Positions 16,618-24,251 of a stretch of 59,780 nt of DNA are shown here, one piece after another. Made by a program: the position numbers and the translations under genes. The notes under the pieces were generated by a model. It had not been told where the DNA came from. It ran no database searches and saw only the letters and a list, made by a program, of their open reading frames with translations. The DNA comes from Limisphaerales bacterium (GTDB lineage: Bacteria; Verrucomicrobiota; Verrucomicrobiia; Limisphaerales; CAIMTB01). Position 1 is the stretch's first letter. The number at the start of each line of letters is the position of its first letter. The stretch covers positions 1-59,780 of the forward strand of contig JBJXFY010000021.1 in the NCBI GenBank assembly GCA_046155815.1, written 5' to 3'.

Positions 16618-19056
16618 TCACCTCGCCAGCTGCCTGGCCGCCGCCGTGCGGAGGCGCGCGTCGTCCGCCGCCGCGAGCTGGCCGATGAGCGCGGGATTAG
16701 GCGCGCCGAAGGCCTCGCGCAGCCACATGGCCTCCAGCTTGGCGCGCGGCTCCTTCTTCCGCGCGAGCCAGGGATCAATCTCCGGAACGACCTTCTCGGC
16801 CCCGCGCTGGCGCAGCACCAGCCGCGCCTGCTCCTGAAACCAGCCGTTGTTGGAGAGGGTGAGATCCAGGAGGTCCGGCGTGCCGAGCCGGGTGAGATCA
16901 CTGACTTCTGACCTCTGACTTCTGCCTTCCGCCTTCTTCGCCACCCGCCACACGCGGCCGTGCTCGTGGTCGCGGCGCGGGTCGCGGAAGTCCACCTCGC
17001 CGTGCTGGATGATCGGGTTGCTCCAATCGGCGATGTAGAGGGCGCCATCCGGCCCGAGCCGCACGTCAATCGGCCGGAAGGTCACGTTCGTGGAGCGCAG
17101 CAGGTCGGGCTGCTCCACGGTCTCGAATGTCGAGCCGACGTCCTTCAGCGCGAAGCGCACGATGCGGTGCGCGCGGAAGTCACAGGTCACCAGGTGGCCC
17201 TGCCACTCGGCCGGGAAGGCCGGGCTGTGAATGACCTCGAGGCTGGCGAACTTGGGATAGTTGCCGGGACTGATGCTGTCCGCCTCGCGCCGCATGTCGG
17301 CATAGGTGAAGTAGGTCGCGCCCTCCATCGCGTGATAGACGCCCTTGAAGCCGGCGCCGTCGGTGAAGAAATGGTTGCCCCACTGGTCCCAGTGATGGCC
17401 CCAGGGGTTGCAGCCGCCCTTGGTGAAAATGTCCAGCCTCCAGGTGTCCGGGTTCCACCGCCAGATTCCGGCGGAATTCAGCCGGCGCACGCCCCACGGC
17501 GTCTCAATATGGGTGTGGGTGTAGATGGACTGGCTCAGGTAGAGATGTCCGTCATACCCCCAGCGCAGCGTGTGCAGGTTGTGGTGAGTATCCTCGGTGC
17601 CGAAGGAACTCATGACGATCGTGCGCTGGTCGCCCTTCCCGTCGCCGTCGGTATCAGCGAAGTGCAGGAGCTGGTGGCTCGCGGCGACGTAGCAGCCGCC
17701 CTTCCCGTCCGGCACGACGCCGGTGGGGATGTGCAGGCCGTCGGCGAAGACGGTGGACTTGTCGGCCGTGCCGTCGCGGTCGGTGTCCTCGAGCACGATC
17801 ACGGCGTCCTCGGCGTCCTGGCCGGGCTTGATCTGCGGGTACATCCGCGAGCTGGCGACCCAGAGCCGGCCCTGCGGATCCCAGTTCATCTGGATGGGCT
17901 TGTAGAGCAGCGGATTCTCGGCCCAGAGCGTGACCTCAAGGCCGTCGTAAGTGTCGAAGGTCGGGCGCGGCTGTGGCTTGAAGTTCGGGTCGTGGTGGTC
18001 GGTCTTCCGGGCCGTGAGGGCCTTCACTTCGGCCACGACGGCGGGATCCTGGTTCTTCAGGTCGCGGAGCTTCGCGATGCGGCGGTCCCACTCCTCGATG
18101 AACGGGTCGAACTTGGGAATCTCGACGGCGTTCTGGCCCTGCTCGTGCTTGCGGAAGCCGAAGAGATAGGTCCAGTTCGCGGGCCGCCAGCGGTGGAAGA
18201 AGAGGTCGTTCTTCCGGCGGATGGCGGCGTTCAGAGCGGCCTCGGCCGGCGTCAGCGGCCCGGACCAAGGGGTGGGCGACAGCGTGGGCGCGGCTTCGCC
18301 GGCCAGCTCCCGCGTCAGCGCTGCGGCGTAGAGCCGGAAGCCGGCCTCGTTGGGCACGACGCCGCCGGAGTCACGCCGCACCGCAAAGTCGCCGCCCACG
18401 CGGGCCTCGGCCTTCTCCGGCGTCACGCGCCGCGCCCCGCGCACCGCGGCCGTCTCCGAGATCGCCTTCTCCACGGCCTGAACGGCGGCGTCCACCGCGC
18501 GGCCTTCGGGCGTGTCCGTGAGATGCCACCAGATGACGCCCGGCAGCACAAACCTCACCTCCTGCCCGCTCACCTCCTCAATGGCCGCCATCAGCTTGCC
18601 AAGGTCCGCCTTGAACTTCTCCTGCTTCGCCGGCTGCTCCGCGGCCGGGGTTTCGGCGAGCTCGAGCGCCGCCGTCATGCCGTAGCTGAGGAAGGCCACG
18701 GTGGGCTTCACGAGCGCGACCTGCTCCTTCACGCGCTTGAGCCATTCCTCCTCGGGCTTGTTCCAGTCGAAGCTGGCGCGCGCGCGGCCCAGCGGCGTGT
18801 CGCCGGCCCACGCGAGGTTGCGGAAGGTGACGTTGCGGTCCGGGAAGGCGGCCGTGAGGCGCGTCTCGAGGTGCCCGAAGTCCACCTCGCGCTCGAAGAA
18901 CGTGTCGCCGATGAAGAGGACGCGGTCGCCGTCCTTCAGCTCGAACTTCGGCGCGTCCGCGGCTCGGAGGAAAAAAGGCAAAAGGCAAAAGGCCAAGGGC
19001 AAAAGGTGGGCCAGCCACCGGCCGTGGCGGCGCTGAGGAAAGAAGAGGCGGTGCAT
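16618..19056 (-). CDS. SGNH/GDSL-hydrolase domain fused to a Pirellula/Verrucomicrobium-type putative dehydrogenase beta-propeller and HEAT-like tail
   Basis: ORF 16618..19176(-), ATG at 19056 (MHRLFFPQRRHGRWLAHLLPLAFCLLPFFLRAADA). SGNH part: RVLFIGDTFFERE...FRNLAWAGDT. Propeller part: WAENPLLYKPIQMNWDPQGRLWVA...DTDRDGTADK...DTDGDGKGD...GPDGALYIADW...HGRVWRV. No CXXCH motif present. Confidence 0.75.
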   Translation of the reverse strand: MHRLFFPQRRHGRWLAHLLPLAFCLLPFFLRAADAPKFELKDGDRVLFIGDTFFEREVDFGHLETRLTAAFPDRNVTFRNLAWAGDTPLGRARASFDWNKPEEEWLKRVKEQVALVKPTVAFLSYGMTAALELAETPAAEQPAKQEKFKADLGKLMAAIEEVSGQEVRFVLPGVIWWHLTDTPEGRAVDAAVQAVEKAISETAAVRGARRVTPEKAEARVGGDFAVRRDSGGVVPNEAGFRLYAAALTRELAGEAAPTLSPTPWSGPLTPAEAALNAAIRRKNDLFFHRWRPANWTYLFGFRKHEQGQNAVEIPKFDPFIEEWDRRIAKLRDLKNQDPAVVAEVKALTARKTDHHDPNFKPQPRPTFDTYDGLEVTLWAENPLLYKPIQMNWDPQGRLWVASSRMYPQIKPGQDAEDAVIVLEDTDRDGTADKSTVFADGLHIPTGVVPDGKGGCYVAASHQLLHFADTDGDGKGDQRTIVMSSFGTEDTHHNLHTLRWGYDGHLYLSQSIYTHTHIETPWGVRRLNSAGIWRWNPDTWRLDIFTKGGCNPWGHHWDQWGNHFFTDGAGFKGVYHAMEGATYFTYADMRREADSISPGNYPKFASLEVIHSPAFPAEWQGHLVTCDFRAHRIVRFALKDVGSTFETVEQPDLLRSTNVTFRPIDVRLGPDGALYIADWSNPIIQHGEVDFRDPRRDHEHGRVWRVAKKAEGRSQRSEVSDLTRLGTPDLLDLTLSNNGWFQEQARLVLRQRGAEKVVPEIDPWLARKKEPRAKLEAMWLREAFGAPNPALIGQLAAADDARLRTAAARQLAR

Positions 19057-19234
19057 GGGCGACACTGTGTGCCCAGGGCACGACCAAGGCCAGCACGCGT
19101 CGCACGGCCATCCGTGCGGCGGGGCGCCACAGGGCACATCCGGCGACGAGGCGTCGCCGCCACAGACAGGAAGCAAACCGCCGCCGGGCGGGCCGGCGGC
19201 GGGGCGGGAAACGGGAATGTGCCGACTGAAGCCG

Positions 19235-19855
19235 TCAGTTGGCGGGCTTGGCGGCAGCGTCGGCGGGCCGGAGGGCGTCGGCCGGCGCGGAGGCGTTGAG
19301 CGCCTTGATCATGTCGTCCGTGAGGTCGGCGCCGGTGTCGGCGAGGAGGAAGACAGGGGTCTGGTTGACGCTGTCGGCGGCCGTGTCAATGACGAGGTTG
19401 TAGCCGCCGGAGCGGGCCTTGGTGACGATGGCCTCGCGGATTTCGCGGAGGAGATTATCGCGCATGCGGCGGCGTTTCTCGAGGAGGGTGGCCTCGGACT
19501 GGCGCTGGAAAGACTGGACCTGCTGTTCGAGCTGCTTGATCTCAAGGAGCTTGTCCTTGGCGGTCTTGTCGCGCTTGGCGCGTTCCTCGGCGGAGACGGC
19601 CTGGTCATTGGCCCCTTCGACGAGCTTCTTGTAGTCCTCGTTGGACTTCTTGTAGTCCTCGAGCATCCCCTTGGCGGTCTTCTCGAGACCGGTGGCCTCT
19701 TCCTTGAGGCCGACGTCGGCCTGCTTGGTCTTGTAGTAGCCGTCGAAAACCTTGCGGAGGTCAATGGTGGCGATCTTCAGGGGCGTCTGGGCGGCGGCGG
19801 TGAGGAGCGAAGCGGCCAGCGCAAGGAACGTGAGGTGGAGGGTGCGGAGTTTCAT
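19235..19855 (-). CDS. skp: OmpH/Skp family periplasmic chaperone
   Basis: ORF 19235..19855(-). Signal peptide MKLRTLHLTFLALAASLLTAAAQ, then IATIDLRKVFDGYYKTKQ and a long K/E/Q-rich coiled coil. Immediately downstream of bamA. Confidence 0.85.
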   Translation of the reverse strand: MKLRTLHLTFLALAASLLTAAAQTPLKIATIDLRKVFDGYYKTKQADVGLKEEATGLEKTAKGMLEDYKKSNEDYKKLVEGANDQAVSAEERAKRDKTAKDKLLEIKQLEQQVQSFQRQSEATLLEKRRRMRDNLLREIREAIVTKARSGGYNLVIDTAADSVNQTPVFLLADTGADLTDDMIKALNASAPADALRPADAAAKPAN

Positions 19856-19883
19856 GGGTGCGGTTTAGACAGGGGCTGAAGGG

Positions 19884-22358
19884 TCAAAATTCGCGGGTGT
19901 AGCCGACGCCGAACTGGAAACGGCCGCCATCGGTGTCGTTGTAATCCTCGGCGGTGACAGGAAAGGCGTAGTCGAGCCGGATGGGGCCGATGGGGAGGTT
20001 CAGCCGGATGCCCACACCCCAGTTGTCGTTGTACGACTGGGTCTGGCGACCGGTGAGGTCAAAGCTGTAGGCATCCTGGTAAACCATGCCGATGTCATAG
20101 AACATGGCGAAGCGCAGGCGTTCAATGATGGGGATGCTGTATTCGACCGAGCCGAACCAATAGGTGCCGCCGCCGAGCGGCTCGCCGTTCACGTCCACCG
20201 GGCCGACCTCGCGGTAGTCGAAGCCCCGCAGGCTGTACAGGCCGCCGAGGAAGTAGCGGTCAAAGAGCGGGACGCTCTCCGTGTCGTCATAGGCCTCGAT
20301 GATTCCGATGCGGCCGATCAACTCGAGCACGTGCCCCTCGTCAAAGCCCCGGATGTACTGCGCGGCTCGCACCTCAAGCCGGTAGAAGTCCGTGTCGGCA
20401 CCGAGGGGTCCGCCGGCCAGGTCGGCGTTCAGCTCGATGCGCTGGCCCTTGTCCGGCAGGAGGACGCTGTTGCGGGAGTCCCAGACAAGCGTGCTGCCGA
20501 CCTTCGAGACGAGGCGGTCGCCCTCCTCGGCCTGAATCTCGGGCGAGGCGGCGGGCAGGCCCGTGGCGACCGTGGTGGTGCGTCCGGGACCGTCGGTGCG
20601 GGTGACCGGAACGAACTTGGCGCTCTCGTCGATGTCGATCTCGACGCGCTCGATGGTGTAGGAGAGGCCGGCGCGGATGAACTCGGTGAGGGATTTGGTG
20701 AGGCCGGCGCGGGCACCGGTGCGGATCTCGTCGTAGATGTCGGAGACGTAGTCGAGGTCGCGGTGGTAGAGGTCCACCTCGAAGGCGAGGCGCCGGCCGA
20801 GGAACCATGGCTCGACGAAGCTGATGAGATAGTCCTGACGCTCGGTGCCGAGCTGCAGGCGGAGGCGGATCTTCTGCCCGCCGCCGACAAAGTGGGGCGG
20901 GCGGAAGAGGTCAAAATTGCCCTGGCTGACCTCGACGAAACCGACGAGGGAGTCCACCGAGCTGAAGCCGGCACCGATGGTGAAGTTGCCGGTGTTCTTC
21001 TCGGAGACGTTGATGACGAGGTTGCGGCGGTTGGGGATTTCGGTCTCCTCGGCGCGGGCGTCCACCTTCTCGAAGTACTGGAGGCCGTAGAGGCGGTTGG
21101 TGCTGACCTTCACCCGGACCATGTTGAAAATCTCGCCGGGGGCGACGGCGAGCTCGCGGCGGATGACGCGGTCACGGGTCTTGGAGTTGCCCTTGATCTC
21201 GATCTGCTCGATATACGAGCGGTCGCCCTCGTTCACGCGGTACACCAGATCGATCGTGTTCGACTGGACGTTCGGGATCTTGAGGGCGCGCAGCGTCGAG
21301 GGGAAGTTGACGTCGATGTAGCCGCGGGAGCCGTAGAAGTCCTCGATGAGCTCGATGTCCTTGCCGTGAAGCTCGGGGCGGAAGACGTCGCCGGGGCTGA
21401 GATTCATGCCCGGCTGCACCCGCGTGCCGACGCGACGGCGCATGCTGCCAATGATCTCGTTGGTCGTGAAAAGCTTGTTGCCCTCGAAGGCGATGGTGCC
21501 GACGTGGTACTGCTGGCCCTCGGAGACGAACCACTGGATGATGATGCGTCGCTCGTCCACGGGCACGCGCTTCACGTCCTTCACCTCGAAGTCGATGAAG
21601 CCTTCGGACTGGTAGAAGGCGGCGAGGCGCTGGCGGTCCTCCTCGAACTCTTCCTGCTTGAGCCGGCCCGTGCCGGTGAGCCAGGAGAGCCAGTTCCAGC
21701 GGCGGGTCTTGATGGACTTGCGCAGCTTGCGCTGGGTGAAGGCCGGCGCATCCACGAACTCGACGTTCTTGATGCGGATGCGCGGCGACTCGACGATTTC
21801 GAAGGTGACCGTCCCGCGGCCGGCGTTCTCGTCGATGTTCACCACGTTGGTGACGGTCGTGCCGTGGAAGCCACGCTTCTCGTAGGACTCCTGGATGGCG
21901 CGGGCGTCGGCGAAGAGCTGCGCCTCGTCCAGCGGCTGGCCCACCTGCGAGGTGACCTTTTTCTGGAGGCGCCGGAGGCTGAAGCGCTCATGGCCCTCGA
22001 AGCGGATGTCCGCCAGAACCGGCCGGCCCTGCACGAAGTAGGTGAGCTTCACGCCGTCCGCGGCGCGGTCCTCGGTCACACGGATGTTGTAGAAGTAGCC
22101 GGTGGCGTAGAGGTTGCGGACGTCGTCATCGATGTTGAGCTTGCTGTAGCGGTCGCCCTCCTTGACGCGGACGTTCGCCAGGACGAGCTGGTCGCTGACC
22201 GCCCGGGGACCGACATGGCGAACCTCGATGCTCTTGATGGCAGGTTCGCTGCGCGGGTCGCGCTGCTGCGCCCACGCCGACGAGCCAAAGCCCCCCGCGA
22301 GCAGCAGGAGGCTCCAGAGCAGCGTCGTACTTGTGGCAAGGCTATTCCGCCGGGACAT
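19884..22358 (-). CDS. bamA: outer membrane protein assembly factor BamA
   Basis: ORF 19884..22772(-). ATG at 22358 gives MSRRNSLATSTTLLWSLLLLAGGFGSSAWAQ. POTRA repeats (IKSIEVRHVG...VKEGDRY...; IADIRFEGHERF...) and a C-terminal barrel ending ...RFQFGVGYTREF. The upstream ORF part is out-of-frame shadow of dnaB. Confidence 0.9.
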   Translation of the reverse strand: MSRRNSLATSTTLLWSLLLLAGGFGSSAWAQQRDPRSEPAIKSIEVRHVGPRAVSDQLVLANVRVKEGDRYSKLNIDDDVRNLYATGYFYNIRVTEDRAADGVKLTYFVQGRPVLADIRFEGHERFSLRRLQKKVTSQVGQPLDEAQLFADARAIQESYEKRGFHGTTVTNVVNIDENAGRGTVTFEIVESPRIRIKNVEFVDAPAFTQRKLRKSIKTRRWNWLSWLTGTGRLKQEEFEEDRQRLAAFYQSEGFIDFEVKDVKRVPVDERRIIIQWFVSEGQQYHVGTIAFEGNKLFTTNEIIGSMRRRVGTRVQPGMNLSPGDVFRPELHGKDIELIEDFYGSRGYIDVNFPSTLRALKIPNVQSNTIDLVYRVNEGDRSYIEQIEIKGNSKTRDRVIRRELAVAPGEIFNMVRVKVSTNRLYGLQYFEKVDARAEETEIPNRRNLVINVSEKNTGNFTIGAGFSSVDSLVGFVEVSQGNFDLFRPPHFVGGGQKIRLRLQLGTERQDYLISFVEPWFLGRRLAFEVDLYHRDLDYVSDIYDEIRTGARAGLTKSLTEFIRAGLSYTIERVEIDIDESAKFVPVTRTDGPGRTTTVATGLPAASPEIQAEEGDRLVSKVGSTLVWDSRNSVLLPDKGQRIELNADLAGGPLGADTDFYRLEVRAAQYIRGFDEGHVLELIGRIGIIEAYDDTESVPLFDRYFLGGLYSLRGFDYREVGPVDVNGEPLGGGTYWFGSVEYSIPIIERLRFAMFYDIGMVYQDAYSFDLTGRQTQSYNDNWGVGIRLNLPIGPIRLDYAFPVTAEDYNDTDGGRFQFGVGYTREF

Positions 22359-23901
22359 CGTCAGGGCGCACTTTGGCGGCGCCGCGGAACCGAGTAAACC
22401 CCTTAAAGAAGAGGAGGTCCACGTCGCCCGTCGGGCCATTGCGCTGTTTCGCGAGGAGCAGCTTGACGGACACGCCGTCCGGATGGTCCCGCGGCACGCT
22501 CTCGCCGTCGTCGTCGTCGCCCTCCGGGGGCTTGTAGAGCAGGCCGACGACGTCGGCGTCCTGCTCGATGGCGCCGGACTCGCGCAGGTCGGAGAGCTTC
22601 GGCTTGCGGCTCTTGTCCTTGTCCAGCTCGCGGTTGAGCTGGCTGAGGACGATGATCGGGATCTTGAGCTCCTTGGCCAGCCCCTTGATGCCGGAGGAGA
22701 TCTCGGCGACCTCCTGCTGGCGGTTGTCCCGCGCCTTGCGCGACTCCGAATGCAGGAGCTGGAGGTAGTCAATCACCACCATCTTGATCCCGTGCTGCTG
22801 GTGCATCCGGCGCGCGCGGGCCCGGAGCTGGAGGATCGAGAGGCCCGGCGTGTCGTCAATGTGCAGGGGCGCCGCCACGAGGTGCTGCGCCGCGTCCGTC
22901 AGCCGCGGCAGCTCCCGCTCTGCAAAGAACCCGTCGCGGATGTCGCGCAGGTTGACCTCGGAACGCGAGCACAGCATGCGCTCGACGAGCGACTCCGCCG
23001 TCATCTCGAGGCTGAACACACCGACGGCATGGCCTTTGTCCACGGCGATGTGCTCGGCGATGTTCATCGCCAGCGAGGTCTTGCCCATGCTGGGCCGTGC
23101 GGCGATCACGATCATCTCCCCGGGCCGCATCCCGTTGGTCATCTTGTCGAAGTCGCCGAAACCGCTGGGCAGGCCGTCCAGCTCGCCCTGCCGCTCGAGG
23201 CGGCGCTCGAGGTTCTTGATCGCCTTCCCGATCAGCTCAGGCATCCCGAGGATCTCCACCTTCTCGCGCTCCTCGCTGATGTGGAGGATGTCGCGCTCGA
23301 CCTCGTCCAGCAGCTCGTCCGCGCCGCCCTCGAACCCGTACACGCGCGAAATGACGTTCTGGCAGGTGTTCACCATGCGGCGGAGCAGGTGCTTCTCGAG
23401 GACGATCTCGAGGTAGTACTCAAGGTTGGCCGCGGAGGGCACGGCGTCCGGCAGCGTGCTCAGGTAGCCCAGACCGCCCACGCCCTCGAGCAGCCCGGCG
23501 TCCTTGAGCCGCTGGGCGACGGTGATCAGGTCCACGGGCACCTTGGCGTCGTACATCGCGACGAGGGTGTCGAAGAGCACCTGGTGGCGCAGGTCGTAGA
23601 AGACCGCGGCGGCGGGGGAGGGCTCCCAGACGTCGCGTTGGCCGGGTGCCGGTGCGGGGTGGCCGCCCGGGTTCTTGGCGCCCCGGATCTTCTGGAGGCA
23701 CAGGCCGAGGCATTCGTTGGGCGAAAGCAGGATGCAGCCCAGCACGCCGCGTTCGGCATCGGGCGCGTGGGGGGGGAGGCGGTCCACGCCCGGCGCGGCC
23801 TCCACCGGCTTGCGGCGGCGTCCGCCGCGGCGGAGGTCGGTCGGGGCGGGCGGGACGGGCCGGTCGCCCGGTCCGCCGAGGGGTTCTACGGAGTCAATCA
23901 T
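22342..23901 (-). CDS. dnaB: replicative DNA helicase DnaB
   Basis: ORF 22342..23964(-), ATG at 23901. Contains PPHAPDAERGVLGCILL...GLPSGFGDFDKMTNGMRPGEMIVIAARPSMGKTSLAMN...VIDYLQLL...LSQLNRELD...SDLRESGAIEQDADVV. Stop overlaps the bamA start by 17 nt. Confidence 0.92.
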   Translation of the reverse strand: MIDSVEPLGGPGDRPVPPAPTDLRRGGRRRKPVEAAPGVDRLPPHAPDAERGVLGCILLSPNECLGLCLQKIRGAKNPGGHPAPAPGQRDVWEPSPAAAVFYDLRHQVLFDTLVAMYDAKVPVDLITVAQRLKDAGLLEGVGGLGYLSTLPDAVPSAANLEYYLEIVLEKHLLRRMVNTCQNVISRVYGFEGGADELLDEVERDILHISEEREKVEILGMPELIGKAIKNLERRLERQGELDGLPSGFGDFDKMTNGMRPGEMIVIAARPSMGKTSLAMNIAEHIAVDKGHAVGVFSLEMTAESLVERMLCSRSEVNLRDIRDGFFAERELPRLTDAAQHLVAAPLHIDDTPGLSILQLRARARRMHQQHGIKMVVIDYLQLLHSESRKARDNRQQEVAEISSGIKGLAKELKIPIIVLSQLNRELDKDKSRKPKLSDLRESGAIEQDADVVGLLYKPPEGDDDDGESVPRDHPDGVSVKLLLAKQRNGPTGDVDLLFFKGFTRFRGAAKVRPDDVPAE

Positions 23902-24139
23902 CGCGAGCAAGGGGCCGGAGTTCACCGTGGCGCGTGTCGGAGCGCCAGCCCCGGTTGTCGGCAAAGTTGCTCACCTCCGGCGCGCGCGGAAAACGCCCCT
24001 CGGCGGCGACGGCGGGAGTTGTTCACCGCCCGGCGCCCGTGCCGCGTGCTGGCAACCGGAGGCCCCCCGCAGAACCGGCGGCCCGATGGGCTTGTGTCAT
24101 GCCATGGGCCGGGCGAGAACTGGCGCCGTCACCGCGGCG

Positions 24140-24227
24140 GCCGGCATGGCGAAATGGCAGACGCACGGGACTTAAAATCCCGGGACGGTCAACCGTCGTG
24201 CGGGTTCAAGTCCCGCTGCCGGCACCA
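24140..24227 (+). tRNA. tRNA-Leu (anticodon UAA), type II with long variable arm, CCA encoded
   Basis: Hand fold: acceptor GCCGGCA/TGCCGGC; D arm GCG-AAATGGCAGA-CGC; anticodon arm CGGGA-CTTAAAA-TCCCG (anticodon TAA); variable arm GACGG-TCAA-CCGTC; T arm GCGGG-TTCAAGT-CCCGC; discriminator A followed by CCA. Confidence 0.9.
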
Positions 24228-24251
24228 GCCGCGCCGTGATGACGCCGCGCC

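Noticed and set aside
18971-19006. CRISPR array or other spaced repeat array
   Set aside because: The repeats here and at 16901..16926, 5338..5367 and 8183..8218 are short tandem or palindromic units of 7-11 nt without unique spacers of CRISPR size. No cas genes are present.
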